DNA of 64,000 bases from Octopus sinensis (GCF_006345805.1 NC_043000.1:24614001-24678000); one strand, 5' to 3'; shown: positions 25,845-40,207, numbered from the stretch's first letter. The notes: generated from the sequence alone by a model not told the origin. Translations and numbers: made by a program.

Positions 25845-26197
25845 TGAACTCCTATCGGAATCTACATACCACAGACAAGAAGCATTTCTACCCATTCTAC
25901 ACAGCACTTTCCTCGGATAATGGAACGGCAATTTTAACATCCTACATATTCTTTTACTTCTATTTTTATTTTCTTATTTCCTTTTAGGCATCCTATATCC
26001 ATCCTTTTCCAAAATAACTCCTTATACTGAATAATACTATTTCCTCCAAGTTAACTCATATCATCTCTGATGAAGGGATATCCCTAATATCCTAGAAACA
26101 GCTGTAAGACTGACTTCCTCTTTATAAATGTCTCTTTATAAATGTCCTATAAATTCCATACAGCCTTGGCTTTGGCTTTGTTGTCTCATTCTCTTTA

Positions 26198-26200
<3 letters not shown>
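25845..26200 (+). mobile_element. Probable Penelope-like element 3' remnant
   Basis: Decayed frame LLSESTYHRQEAFLPILHSTFLG*WNGN resembles the end of the PLE GIY-YIG domain and is followed by a pyrimidine-rich UTR and a hammerhead motif. Confidence 0.45.
26061..26113 (+). ncRNA. Hammerhead ribozyme-like motif with intact core
   Basis: TCATCT-CTGATGA(26067-26073)-A-GGGATA/TATCCT stem II-A-GAAA-palindrome ACAGCTGT-A(26106)-AGACTGA; stem I TCT/AGA extended by TCA/TGA. Confidence 0.7.
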
Positions 26201-26232
<32 letters not shown>

Positions 26233-26261
26233 CATAGATACATACATATTTACACACACAC

Positions 26262-26481
26262 ACGAGGGGGTGCTAAAATATTCTCGACTTTAAGGGTATC
26301 ACAAAAGGCCCAGTTGGAGGTTCAGCCTTCCGAGTTCTTTTACAAGGCTTAGAAAAATCAATGGACCACTGCAATAAGTGCGTGAATCTGAGAGGGGAAG
26401 ATATTGAACAGAATCATAATTAACTGGTCCTCTTGTATTTTCTTTTCCCCAGAACCAGGAACTTTCCAGCACCCCTCTCAT
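26262..26481 (+). mobile_element. mariner-derived MITE
   Basis: Ends CGAGGGGGTGCTAAAA / TTTCCAGCACCCCTCTCA; interior encodes a mariner-like C-terminus (..LEKSMDHCNKCVNLRGEDIE). Confidence 0.7.
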
Positions 26482-27770
26482 ATGTATGTGTGCACACACA
26501 CACACATACATATATACATACACATATATATAGCTAAATACAGGATTCAGTACCATTTTTTCTCCCTGTTGTTGAAGCAAGATGTCTGATTAGATCAGTT
26601 ATTACCCTGCATGAAATTGCTCTTAGTTCTATGATACAAATTCCATTTTAAAATGATCTAAATTAAAATTTTCATCAAAATTTCATCTTGATTTATATTC
26701 GAAGCAATCTTAATGACGAAGATATTTCAATAAATTCATCACTTTTTAAACATTTTTTCTGCTTTTTTATTTTTATTTTTTCTAGAGTTAATAGCAAATA
26801 GGATAGAGCTATCCAAGGTACACAGCACCTTTAGAGAAGCAGAGACAGCCATGGATGGAATGTCTGAAGCTAAACAACAATAATAACACAGAATTACAGC
26901 GTTTACAAAGAATTTAAAGATCAGGTTTGGGGTGGAAAAATTAGATTAGAAATAGGCTAGCTCTTTTACTGCCATTGTGTGTGTATATAAACAGCAGCTG
27001 TTTGGTCACAAATTCTTGATATTTTACGAACATGATGATAATGATGATGATGATGGAGAGATTTTGTCTATAGTAAATAGTTCTGGAGAATTGTTGAAAA
27101 GTTGAATGTTTCGTTTAAATCTTATGGCTTAACGCTGGCATGTGTTTTTGTTACTGATATATACACATTTGTGCAGGGATAATCAAAATGTACTGCTGCC
27201 AATGTGGCCCTTAAGTTCAGCTCAGCCATCAATTATAATAGTGCAAGAGTCTAAACACAATTCCTGTTTATAGTAACAAAAACAATTAATTACTTTCAGA
27301 GTCTTGGCAATTTCTCCCTTTATGGGGAAAAATTGCCAAGAAAGAACAAAATGAATTAATAAGTAAATAAAAGGTCTAGGATCAGAGTTCCTGGAATAAA
27401 TTTACCATCCTCAGATAACTTTTATCTTTTATCTTTGACTTGTTTCTGTTATTAGACTGTTGCCATGCTGGGGCACCGCCTTGAAGGATTTTAGTTAAAC
27501 CAATTGACCCTTGAGCTCAATTTATTTTTTTAAGCCTGGTACTTCTTCTATCAGTCCCTTTTTGTTGAACTACAAAGTTACGAAGATATAAACACACCAG
27601 CACCAGTTATCAAGCAGTGGTAGAGCATAAACACAGACACACGGTGCTCCACCTTTTTTTTTCAACAATTCATTCACCGTTCACTTTCTGTGCATATTCT
27701 ATGGACTTTTGACTACTTTTTTCTGATGAGCTGCAGTACACCTTAGCACTATATTACAATAATTTCATCA

Positions 27771-27809
<39 letters not shown>

Positions 27810-28859
27810 GATGGGCTTCTTTCAGTTTCCATCTACCAAATCTACTCACAAGGCTTTGGTTGGCTCAAGGCTATACCAGAACCATGTGATTGGGAAGCAG
27901 ACTTCTTACCACAGAACCATGCCTGCGACTATGCAAGGCAACCAAACTTCTAAACTAGAATCATTGAGCATAAATATAAATATATAGGCGCAAGTGTGGC
28001 TGTGTGATAGGAAGCTTGCTTCCAACCACATGGTTCTGGGTTCAGTCCCACTGTGTGGCACATTGGGCAAATATCTTCTATTATAGCCTCGTGAGTGGAT
28101 TTGGTAGATGGAAACTGAAAGAAGCCCATCATGTATATATATATATATATATATATTTATGCATGTGTCTGTCCCCCCACCATCACTTGACAACCGATAT
28201 TGGAGTGTTTATGTCCCCAAAACTTAGTGGTTCAGCAAAGTAGAATAAGTACTAGGCTTACAAAGAATAACTCCTGGGGTTGATTTCTTCAACTAAAGGC
28301 AGAGCTCCAGCATGGCTGCAGTCACAGGACTGAAACATGTAAAAGAGTAAAGTGTATCTAAACTTCATTGGTAATTCTTTTCCTCTTATCAGTTGATACT
28401 AGAAAATAACCTCTCCCTGTCACACATTCCCTCCCCTGTTGTTTCTCTTATGTACTATTTCACAATAACGTTAGAAAATAGCTTCTCCCTCTCACATATC
28501 GTCACCTCCCACACACACACACACACACACCTCCTCTGTTTATTTCTCCCAAACTCTATTTCCCAACGAGGCTAGAAAATAGTCCCTCATGTGTCCCTCC
28601 CCACTTCTGTTTCTCCCATACACTATTTCACAGATGAAATCAGAGAGCCAGAAAGTATCTTCACTTCTTCAAAAGAATGTTTGATTATTTAAAGATAATT
28701 TATGCAAGATAAAATTATTAATTAATAAGTTAACTTGCTGAAGGAATCCATTGTACTTATCTGACATCGGTGACACCAGACAAATTACCACCGTTTGCAA
28801 ATGCGTGCACGTGCTCACACACGTTTACGCACACACAAGCATATGTGCACACAACCGTT

Positions 28860-29012
28860 TATGTGCTTATACAATACAGTGTTTTATGATCACACGTTAG
28901 AATACCACCATTTATGTATACCCACATATATATACACTCACTCATACAACCTGCTATCATGTACAAATATACATACATATATATATATACATACAAATAT
29001 ACATACATATAC

Positions 29013-29043
<31 letters not shown>

Positions 29044-29298
29044 TACATACATATACATACGTACATATATATACATATACATACATACATACATACATAT
29101 ATACATACATATATATATATAATATACATATACATACATACATACATACATATACATATGTACATATATATACATATACATATATATATATATATATACA
29201 TACATACATATATACATACATACATATATATATACATATACATACATACATACATATACATACATACATATACATACATACATACGTACATACATACG

Positions 29299-29330
<32 letters not shown>

Positions 29331-29340
29331 TGTACTCATG
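28860..29340. repeat. Compound (TA)n/(TACA)n microsatellite
   Basis: Direct reading; source of several spurious Y/I/H/T ORFs. Confidence 0.95.
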
Positions 29341-30764
29341 TCAACACATTATATATTAGCACCGATTTCACACACACCCATGTTTTATATATACATGCTA
29401 TCATTTGTGACGTATATGTTTAAAGACAAAAACACCCTTGTGCTACACACTAATACACACACATAGAGAAATGCTATTTATTTACACATCTATATTTCCA
29501 ACAAACACACACACAAGCACACACATACACACACACACACACACACTCTCTCTCTCTCTCTCTTTTTTCTCTAGTTCTAACAGCCAATAGTGTTTTCAAT
29601 TAGAATTCTGCAGCAGTTGTAAATGGTTCCTTTGTAACAGAAGGATTGCTCTTTTTTTTTTCTTTTTAAAGAATTGGTTAAGACAGCTGATAAGTAAACC
29701 ATTCCAGCCTCCAAACACACATAGGTTTCACTGTAAGGAATGTAACAGACACAGTGATCTGATTATTATGATATGGCACTTAATTGAATGTTTGCGTCAC
29801 TAGCAGCAGCAGCACTACTCGTTCAACATTTCAAACAAGTAATGCTAACGCTTGGTCTTGTAACAGCAGATGATATAACACACACAGTGCCTTTCGACAC
29901 AGCCAAATGTTTAGTATTACCAATTGTACATAACAATTGTTCAATCCTTCTTCTTTGGAACTACATCCCATGTTTAATTTTCAACTAGTGGAACCCCAAC
30001 AATTCAAACTGACCATTAACCCCGTTAACATCATTTAGTTAATTTGACTCTCTCTTCTATCAGTTCCTGGCCACCAAAAGACAAAAAGAAAAAAAAAATC
30101 CTAAGATAGTATGCAAACAACTAATTCTCTTATCATTTATTCATTAGGTCTGAGAGGTTTTGGTACCATCAACAGTCTTCCCAGAGGTAAAAAATGGGTT
30201 TGTGAAGGACCCACACCCTACCTAGGAAAAAAACCCAAACATTACAGAAGCATTGCTGACAATTCAGAACCAACAAGACTTGGGAGAGGAGAGAAGGAGT
30301 GAAAACCAGAATTGAGATGATCACATCATCACCATTTAAAGTTCATTTATTTCTTTACTGCTCACAAGGGGCTACACACAGAGGGGACAAACAAGGACAA
30401 ACAAAGGGATTAAGTCGATTACATTGACTCCAGTACAGAATTGGTACTTAATTTATCGACCCCGAAAGGATGAAAAGCAAAGTCGACCTTGGTGGAATTT
30501 GAACTCGGAATGTAACAGCAGACAAAATACGGCTATGAATTTCGCCTGGTGTGCTAATGTTTCTGCCAGCTCGCTGCCTTCACCATTTAAAGTTCATTTT
30601 ATATACTGACATGGGTTGGATGGTTCAACAGTTGTCGAGCAAGAACACTACGCCAAGCTCTACTCTCTGCTTTGATATGTTTTCTAGTTGGATGACCTTC
30701 CTCATACCAACCATTTTACAGAGTGTACTGAGTTCTTTATATATATATATATCTTTACTCTTTT

Positions 30765-31150
30765 TTCTCTCTTTTTACTTGTTTCAGTCATTTGACTGCG
30801 GCCATGCTGGAGCACCGCCTTTAGTCGAGCAAATCGACCCCAGGACTTATTCTTTGTAAGCCTAGTACTTATTCTATCGGTCTCTTTTGCCGAACAGCTA
30901 AGTTACAGGGATGTAAACACACCAGCATCAAGTGATGTTGCAGGGACAAACACAGACACAAACACACACACATATATACATATACATATATATGACGGGC
31001 TTCTTCCAGTTTCCGTCTACCAAATCCATTCACAAGGCTTTGGTCGGCCCAAGGCTATAGTAGAAGACACTTGCCCAAGGTGCCATGCAGTGGGACTGAA
31101 CCCGGAACCACGTGGTTGGTAAGTAAGCTACTTACCACACAGCTACTCCA
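30765..31150 (-). mobile_element. SINE family B, near consensus
   Basis: Very similar to 851-1252. Confidence 0.85.
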
Positions 31151-31177
31151 ACATATATATATATATATATATATATA

Positions 31178-32160
31178 TCATCATCATCATTAAGTATCTG
31201 TTTTCCATGCTGGTATGGGTTGGATGGTTTGACAGGGACTGGTAAACCAGAGAGCTATATCAGGCTCCAGTCTGGTTTGGTTTGGTTTCTGCAGCTGGAT
31301 GCCCTTCCTAATGCCAATCATTCCAAGAGTGGGTGCCTTTTACATGTCTCTGGCACTGGCCACAACTATGATTTCACTCGGCTTGACGTATCTTCTCAAG
31401 CACAGCAAATGGCCAAAGGTCTCACTTGCTTGTCATCACCCCTGTGAGACTCAACATTCACCATATCTTCCTGGATCCACCCCTTCCACAGGTTCCATCC
31501 ATAGTTAAAGATCGGCACTTCTTTACACAGTTGTCTTCATCCATACACATCAAATGACCAAGTGCAGTCTTTTGTTTTGCACACCACATCTGATGCCGCT
31601 TATGCCTAATTTTTCTCTCAAGACCTTTACACTCTGTCATTCATGCACACTGACACTGTACATCCAGCACACTGACATTACACATGCATCATACAATCTG
31701 CATTTCACTCTGAAGGAGGGGCCCTTTGTTACCAACAAAGGTAGAAGCTCTCTTAACTTTGACCACCCTATTCTCATTCCAGCAGCTTCACTCTCAGAGC
31801 ATCCACCTCCACCACTGACATGCTACCTAGACAACAGAAGCTATCCACTACTTCTAAGAATGACTCCCTAGTATTTGATGAAGTCTTTTTCTGTATATTT
31901 CTAGTGTTTATTGCACCTATACACCTGCCACACACAATGACTACTTTCTCCGTTAACCTTCCTCTGATATTGCTGCACCTCCTTGGTGTTCATAGCTTGC
32001 ACCTGGTACACCTAACAGAGTTTCTACCTATGCCTTTTTTACATGTCAAGCAGAGCCGTTTCCCTGCAGGAATTTGTGATTTGTCTGTTTTCCTACTTAA
32101 GAAGACTTTGGTCTTTACTAAATTAACTCTAAGGTCCTTGAACTCCAAACTTTGTTTACA
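31178..32160 (-). mobile_element. Decayed RTE LINE (ORF2 3' third plus 3'UTR)
   Basis: Minus frames give LRVNLVKTKV..QIPAGKRLCLTCKKGIGRNSVRCTRCK..VCGRC and MDEDNCVKKC..GTCGRGGSRKIW, with stops. Confidence 0.8.
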
Positions 32161-34095
32161 CACACAGAGGATGAGATTCTTTCAGTTTCCATTGACACAA
32201 GGCTTTGATTGGCCCCGAGTTATAGTAAAAGATATGTCCAAGGTGCCATGCAGTGGGACTGAACCTGGAACTATGTAGTTGGGAAGCAAGCTCCTCACCA
32301 CAGTCATGCCTAATAGACAAGAATGTTTTACCTGTAATTAAAAAAGAAAAAATGGAAAAAAGGTTTCTAGTGCTAATGCAGACTGGTACTATGTACACAT
32401 CCAGGAATAAAACACCTGATGATGAACAGAGATCAAAGCAACTGGAACGTAAGGTAGATGTAAATATTGGAAACAATTATCTCCAAAGACAAGTTTAATA
32501 GCCTGAAAAATGATCGCACTTTCTCTTCAACTGAACTCATATCAGGAGACTGACTGACATGGCACGAACCTACATTCACACGTGTGAAAATATGTTTAAA
32601 CACGGCTATTATTTCAATGAAATTGTTAAAGGTGAGGTCATGTGAAACGAGTATCTGTCTATGTTATTTGGCTTCTCCCCACCTCCTCTCATGAGAATAT
32701 TGATGATACAAGTGAAATGATATCCTCCACATCAGGGAATCAAAATCCAGTCACCAGACTTCTTGAACAATGAGCTCTGACTTCCACTCATGCAGAATAT
32801 TCTTGTATGCAAATATGACATATTTCATCACATGCTTTGTTATTTTTTCGTTTTTATTTTCATTTTATCTGCTGTGACTATTTCTTTTTTTTTACTTTGT
32901 CTTTTGTTGTTGTTGATGGGAATTTCTTGTGTGTTCTCTATTGGGGTCATATTCTCTCTCTCTATTGAATCAATATAACCAACTCACTTATCCAAAAACA
33001 ATTTCTACGATAACAACAACAATAACGGCCACTACACATTCTTCCTTTGAGTTGTAAATCACTCTTCCTGTGGGAACAACTGAAGAAATTGAAGCAAATC
33101 TATAGCTTCTTTTTTTTTTTTTACTTATAATTCATTCTCTCTCTTTCTCTCTCTCAGAGAAATACAAAGACAGAAAGAGAGAAAAATAAGAGAAAAAGAG
33201 AGACAGAGCATTGATGTTCTTGGGTAGATATTGGGTTACAAGCAGTTGATGCCAAATCCTTGTTGTCCTAAATACCACATGTCATGCAGAAGGGTACAGA
33301 GTTCTTTAAGAGACAATATAAAATAATAGGAAAACAAAAAATAAATAAATAAATAAATAATCTCTCTTTTGCTTTGTATTCTTTCTACCTTTCCTCCTCC
33401 CCCCCTCCCCTCTGTTGAATGGACTTTTATGATCTTGACTTCTGTAATGAAAATATCACCTCCAGTAAACACACAGTGGGTGTGTCTGTTAAAAGTGACC
33501 TCCCTGCTGTAAACATTACAAACATGTGTAGATATATGAAACATTCCAGCTATGACCAACCCATTCTATTTTCAGTGTATCTAGGACTATGTTATGCAAT
33601 TTGTCCCTCCTCTGGTTAAGATGGTGGAGTTTGATTTTGAGGTTGGTTTGGCTGCTGTTTCTTGCAGGCTGAGCCACCAAGTGGAGGCTCTTTTGTGATG
33701 TATTTAGCCATTATCAAAACAGGCACCAACAAAGAACCTGCATGTCACTAAATATTAGATAATGCTTGTCCATGAAGAGCTTTGCCCTGTCAACCTTCTC
33801 CACCCTAACATTTTATCTCTTAACGCCCAAAAAGCACTTATGCTGGGGTCACATAAAATGCTTTGGTACTGCTGCCACATAAAAAGCACTGGTGCTGGTG
33901 CCATCTAAAATGTACTGGCAATGGTGCCACATAAAAAAAACATTGGTGTTGGGGCCACATAAAACGTTTTGGTACTGGTGCCACATAAAAAGCACTGTGA
34001 TTATAACACCCAGTTCCCCTACTTTGGCTCTTCTACCACCAATATCTGGGAATTAGGCAAAGAAGGGAAAATGGTGATTGCTCCTCACTGTCGGC

Positions 34096-34176
34096 TACTT
34101 CTGATGAGTGTATTTATATAATTAGATTGTTACCCATCACTCCGTTGTATTTTTTGTGTGAAACCAATTGGTAAGA
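34096..34176 (+). ncRNA. Degenerate hammerhead-like motif
   Basis: CTGATGA(34101-34107)...GAAA(34160-34163)-ACCAATTGGT-A(34173)-AG; same stem III palindrome as the 5477-5548 motif; stems I and II weak. Confidence 0.45.
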
Positions 34177-34725
34177 CCAACCGTGAAAAATAGTTAAGAT
34201 TATGAAATTCGGATGATAAACCCAATCTACTAACAATTATACAAGTGCATCTCCTCCATGACTTATGGTCTCTAAGACGACTCATGTGTGTGTGTGTGTA
34301 TTGTCAGTCTACTCGAGGATGTTAGATCCTGGTTAATCACTGTCATATCAGGAGAAAGTCTTGAAGATATGTTAGGGATTATTGTTGTAATACATATTAT
34401 TAAAACTGAAAGAAAGAGAATGGAGAAAGATGGATGTATGAATAATTTATTTATATGATATAAAGATGTTGAAATTTTTTATAATAACAATGCAAATAAA
34501 TTATAAATTGTAAAACTCAAAATAAATGGCAGACACATAAAACCTACATTATATGTAGATGTGAAAAACCTACTTATATGTAGGTTTTACGCATTTGTCA
34601 TTTCTTTCTGAGCTTTACAATTTATAATTTATTTGCATTGTTATTATAAAAACATTTCAACATCTTTATACCATACAAATAAATTTTTCATACATCCATC
34701 TTTCTCCATTGTCTTTCTTTCAATA

Positions 34726-34790
<65 letters not shown>

Positions 34791-35634
34791 TAGTCAACAG
34801 ATGAGATTCAGAGATTCCCAATACAGAAAACTCTTAGTAGTGCTCAAATGATGTCTTTACAAGGGATCAATTCCACGGGGTAAAGAATAGCTATAAGAGG
34901 GATCAAGCCGAGCAGATATGGAGGTAAAATTATGCAGATAAATAAATTAGATATATTAAATGTAACAGAAACAGCTGTCAGACTTACAACACTTTTCTAC
35001 TTCCCCTCATTTGTACTCTGTGTAAGTTGGATCTATTAATATAAATACCCATGCCAGCATGGAAGGTGGACATTAAACAATGATGATGATCTATATATTC
35101 ATACTTAAAAATTCATCATCTGAAAGTTTTCACTTCTTGTTTGCTTTCGTTTTGCATGCATGCATACATACATACATATATATTTTATATTTCATACCCA
35201 CACTGTTACATTTATTATATCTAGTTTATTTATTCATATAATTGCCTGTGACAACTGATGAAGGGAATGTTCTTTATGTTGTATGTCTCGTTTCTCTGTT
35301 TGTTTGTTTTTTCGTTGCTCGAAAAAAAAGTTCATTTCTATATTTTTGTTTTTTATGTTCTCGTTTCTCATTCAGTCCACGTTTTTTTATGCTCTGTACC
35401 CATATATGCATGTATATATACATATATATCTAGGTGTGTACATATATGTATATATATGCATATATTTATATACTATTTATATTATTATTATGATCCAACG
35501 CTACCTATCCTTTTCCAAGTGAGTTCTATCTATCTATCTATCTAGGGAGATTTTATGAAAAAAACAAAAGATGAAGACAGGTGGTGTACAAAACAAACAG
35601 ATGTATTAGTATAATGCTCAGGAATAGAAAAAGT

Positions 35635-35670
35635 CTTTTATGTTTCGAGCCTACACTCTTCTACAGAAAG
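35635..35670 (-). ncRNA. Minimal hammerhead-like motif, variant core CUGUAGA
   Basis: CTTT-CTGTAGA-A-GAGT-GTAG-GCTC-GAAA-CATA-AAAG; same repeat family as 24446. Confidence 0.5.
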
Positions 35671-36369
35671 AGACACAGAAAAAAACAAGGTGAGAAAAAA
35701 AATGTGTGTAGTGGCAAACGATCTATCATGGCTACTGGCTGCTGGACAGAAGGGTCACACAAGAGAGCGAAGAAAATTCAGGAAAGTTTAGCTGTCTATC
35801 TATCTATATCTATATATATATAGCTGTGTGTCTTTGTCCCCTCTATTGCTTGACAACAGGTGTTTATTTATATCTAAAAGAGACAGATAGACGAAGTACT
35901 AGATTTGAAAATAAGTATAGGGGTCAGTATGTTTTACTAAAACCCCTTCAAGACTGTTTCCCAGCATGGCTGCAGTCCAATGACTGAAACAAGTAAACAA
36001 ATAGATTCACACTTACACATACATATATGCACAAACAGGATGATGACTCGTTAATCATTGCAATGCATTTGTAATTAATAACAATGATGATGATTACTAT
36101 TATGAAGGCAGCAAAATTGGTCTCATGGATTAGAAGAAAATTTTCTGCCCACGTCAATTTCATTGAGAAATTTTAGATGGGGCAGAGAAAAGAAGATATA
36201 ACATTTCAAAGAATTAGACGATAATTTCTGGCCAGCATTAAATGAAGCAATAATGAAGGTACAATTAGACAGGAAAAGTTAATTCAGAATGACATTTTAA
36301 AGATTGCACATTCTGACTTGAGATACAGAGAAGAAGCTGGATGTCACTGGCTTTCTTTTGCCATTTATT

Positions 36370-36966
36370 GATGTGTGTGTAAGAAAGAGAAAGGTGGAGA
36401 GAGAGGTAAAGAGAAAGAGAGGGAGAGAGAGGCAGATAGAAAGAAAGGGACAGATAGAGGGGCAGAGAGAGAGAAGGGGGTAGACAGAGAGGAGGTAGAG
36501 GGACAAAGACAGAAAGAGGGGTGGAGAGAGACATAGAGAGAGAGGGCGGGGAAGAAAGAGAAAGAAATAGTGGGAGAGGAGTAGAGAGAGGGAGAGAAAG
36601 AGAGAAGTAGGTAGAGAAACAAAGACAGAAAGAGGGGTGGGGGAGACATAGAGAGAGAAGGAGGGGAAGAGAAAGAAATAGTGGGAGAGGAGTAGAGAGA
36701 GGGAGAGAGAAAGAGGTAGGTAGAAAAGGACAGAAAGAAGGAGAGAGAGAGAGAGAGAGGAGTAGGTAGAGAAACAAAGACAGAAGGAGGGGTGGAGAGA
36801 GTGACATAGAGAGGTGAGGGTAGAGCGAAAGAGAAAGAAGCAGAAGGAGAGAAGTAGCAAAAAGGAGAGAAAGGTAGGCAGATGAAAAGAGAGAGAAAAA
36901 GAGGCAGAGAGAAACATAGAAAGGGACATATAAATAGAGAGTGAGAAATAGAGAGATAGATAAATA

Positions 36967-37000
<34 letters not shown>
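36370..37000. repeat. Polypurine (GA-rich) tract with ~116-bp internal repeats
   Basis: CAAAGACAGAA(A/G)GAGGGG at 36504, 36620 and 36775; ends in (GA)n. Confidence 0.9.
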
Positions 37001-37004
<4 letters not shown>

Positions 37005-37264
37005 ATTGATAGGAAGTTTAATAAGTGTTGTTTAAGTAAATAAAGCAGAATGGTGGATTCATTGTGAATGGTGTGTTTGTTATTGACCGATGTATTTATA
37101 TCATCAATAATTTCAATATCAATGTAGACAGCAGCTATTTCTGAAAGAATGCAGGAACAAACAGTTGCTGCGTCTTCTTAGGATGAAGACAAACCCGTTT
37201 TCTTTTAAGAGTTTAAAGAGTTGTTATCAAGCTTGGATCGAAATTACTTACACCTCAATATCTA

Positions 37265-37269
37265 ATTTT

Positions 37270-37308
<39 letters not shown>

Positions 37309-37860
37309 TGGGCATTCAAACACTTGCAAATACACACTTGCACATACAGACAAAATACACATGCTTACATGTACATACAGATACACACACACACAAATAT
37401 ACACATGAACACATACACACACACAAATGTGCATTCATACACTCGCAAATACACACTTGCATACACACACGAACACACACACATACAAATAAACACACAC
37501 ACATACATACAAATACACACGCTCACAAATACTTGCATGCACGTGCACACACACACACACACACACACACAACATACATATAGATACACACACACACAAA
37601 TACTTGCATGCATGCACATGCACACAAATACACACATGAATGCACATACACACACACATACATACAAATAAACACACATACAAATACTTGCATGCACGCA
37701 TGTGCGCACACACACACACAAACACACACATGAACACACACACATACACACGAACACACATACATACAAATACACACACACAAATAAACCTGCACTCTCA
37801 CACACAAAAAGCACGGGTGTGCGCATGTGTCCACACACACACAAACCAACAGAAAACCCG
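37265..37860. repeat. Degenerate (CA)n low-complexity tract
   Basis: Direct reading. Confidence 0.9.
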
Positions 37861-38395
37861 GTGCACATTTGCAAAGTATTTGGTAGATTTGTGAACCTTT
37901 TGATAAGAATGTTTAGCTTTCAACAGATCAAATCATGTAGAATAAAATAAAGATAATACAATCATTGTTTTAAGTTATTTATTACACTTTGTCTACCACC
38001 TTCCTCCCCCATCTCTTCTCTCCCCTCCCCCATTTCTCTTTCTCTCTTCCTTCCCCCCTTTCTCCCCCCAGACATACGCTTCACTGGTCATCATTCTTCA
38101 AGCAACTTCATTTCTTCCCATGATTTTCACTTCACTTCTCTGAATGAACATTTTCTCAAATTGCCAAATCTCATCTCAAAAGTTTCTGCAACAAAAGTTT
38201 CCATTCCTACCCTGTTCTTCCACCCTGACAACTACTTACCCCCACCCACCCTCACCCCTTTTTTTTCTGGTTTTGGTTCATTATTCTTTCTTCCATGTGG
38301 TGTCTCAATGCAATGGCGGTAACCCACAGAGTTGAGACAAGACACACAGAAATGAAAATTGATATGGAATGGAAAACATTATTATTAGGGTGGGT

Positions 38396-38484
<89 letters not shown>

Positions 38485-39818
38485 CCTTATATTTTGTGCT
38501 TGAATAAACAGCTGAATTATTCCATTACATTGGCCAAATGTATCACAGAGTTTGGAGATAGAAATAAAAAACCATCTAATCACAAATCCTTCAGCTAAGC
38601 AGAAACAAGAAATTAGATTTCCTGATGCCATCAGATCTATTAAGAAGAGTGTTTATGTACGCAAGAGAGATTGTGTTAGGTGTGAATACCCCAATGATCT
38701 TATTTCTAGCTCGAAGATACAATGGGATGTAGAGCCACAGGTGTACTTGATGTGTAGCTCTGCCTGATCAGGCATATGGAATCCAAAAAGGCCAGGTAAA
38801 TAACTAAATATATGTACCCCATAGATTTATTGCTCCAGTATATCTAAGTTCTATATTTAGCAGAGGACCCAATTGTATACAGTGGCAGGCAGTGGTTAGT
38901 CAAGCACTAGTATAGTGTTGCAGTCTAGTAACATACTGTTTTCATAGTTAAAGTCTATTTCTGTCTGCTTGTTATGTAATTTAGTTGCAAGTCAGTTCTA
39001 ATCCAACACACCTATGATGTCAGGTTCTGTCTTGAATTCTATTATCCAAAGCATCCTTTCAATTCTCTGTGGCTGTGTGGTAAGAAATTTGCTTCCCAAC
39101 CAAATGGTTCTGGGTTCAATCCCACTGCATGGCACCTTGGGTAAGGGTCTTCTACTACAGCACCGGACCGACCAAAGCCTTGTGAATAGATTTCGTAGCT
39201 GGAAACAAAAGAAGCCTGTTGTATGTATATATGTCTTTGTGTCTGTGCTTGACAACTGGTGTTGGTGTGTTTACATCCCCACAACTTAGCAGTTCGGCAA
39301 AAGACACTGATAGAATAAGTACTGGGATCAATACATTTGATTAAAACTTCCTCAAGGTGGTGCTCTAGCATGGCCATAGTCAAATGACTTAAACAAGTAA
39401 AAGATAAAAGCTGTTAGGAATGTAATTAAAGGGAGATTTGGCTGCTATTTTTAGCAAGCCAAGTAGCCATGTAGAGGTTCCTTTATTAGTTTGTTTTTCT
39501 GCTTTTAGATTCCGGTGCAAAAGTGGGCGAGATAGACTTGGTCAGAGGACAACGGTTGCTATTCTTTTGCAGTTACACCATCAGAGTCTGGGGCTAATGT
39601 GGCTATTTTTGTTGGAGCAGAATGTGAGAATTACTGTTCTTAGAATGGTATCAGAGGTGTTGATGCTGTTGTCGTTTAGCCCATGGTAGACTATGACCAA
39701 ACAGACCTGTGATCAAAGGTGTTGCAGGTATGAAAATATTTGCTTTTGGTATATCTAGGACTATATTGTCGAATGTGTCCTGTCTTTAATGATGGCAATG
39801 TGTGATATAAGAGAAATC

Positions 39819-40207
39819 TCTATATATATAAAGCTGAAGTTGTCTGTGTATGGCAGGTTTGGTCACCTTCACCTAACACTATCTCCTCCGAGACCCTGCG
39901 GCGCAAGTTGACCAAAAGTGAGAGTATGAAAGAAGAAGGCTTGCTCTTCCTTACGTAAAAGAAAAAATTCTAATTGGACCATGTTAACACCAAAAATTTT
40001 TTACATCAAAAAGGGTTTTTTTTCTCTGAAAATCCCTATTTTTTACGATTTTTTTACTGCTTTGTCGCCGTTTTTCGGTGTATTACAACCAGAAAAATGT
40101 TCACTTAAAGAGAATAACAATCTACATAATGCAAAATTTTTACTTTTCGAAAATTCCAATTCTAAAGGGTCGAAACAAACTCGAGCAATGCAGGGCGATA
40201 CTGCTAG
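39819..40207 (+). mobile_element. Non-autonomous Helitron
   Basis: 5' TCTATATATATAAAGCTGAAGTTG; 3' ..CGAGCAATGCAGGGCGATACTG-CTAG followed by T. Confidence 0.75.

Noticed and set aside
28795-29466. Long Y/I/H/T, C/V/M or S/L-rich ORFs (also 23022-23650, 36265-37950, 52238-52822, 61087-61680)
   Set aside because: Microsatellite frames that lack stops by composition.
29830-29970. Minus-strand ORF starting MGCSSK (myristoylation-like)
   Set aside because: Only 46 codons, no convincing donor, no homology recognised.
33419-33619. ORF MDFYDLDFCNENITSS.. with two N-I-T sequons, receptor N-terminus-like
   Set aside because: The second half is a common dispersed repeat (also near 19790 and 39690) and there is no transmembrane continuation.
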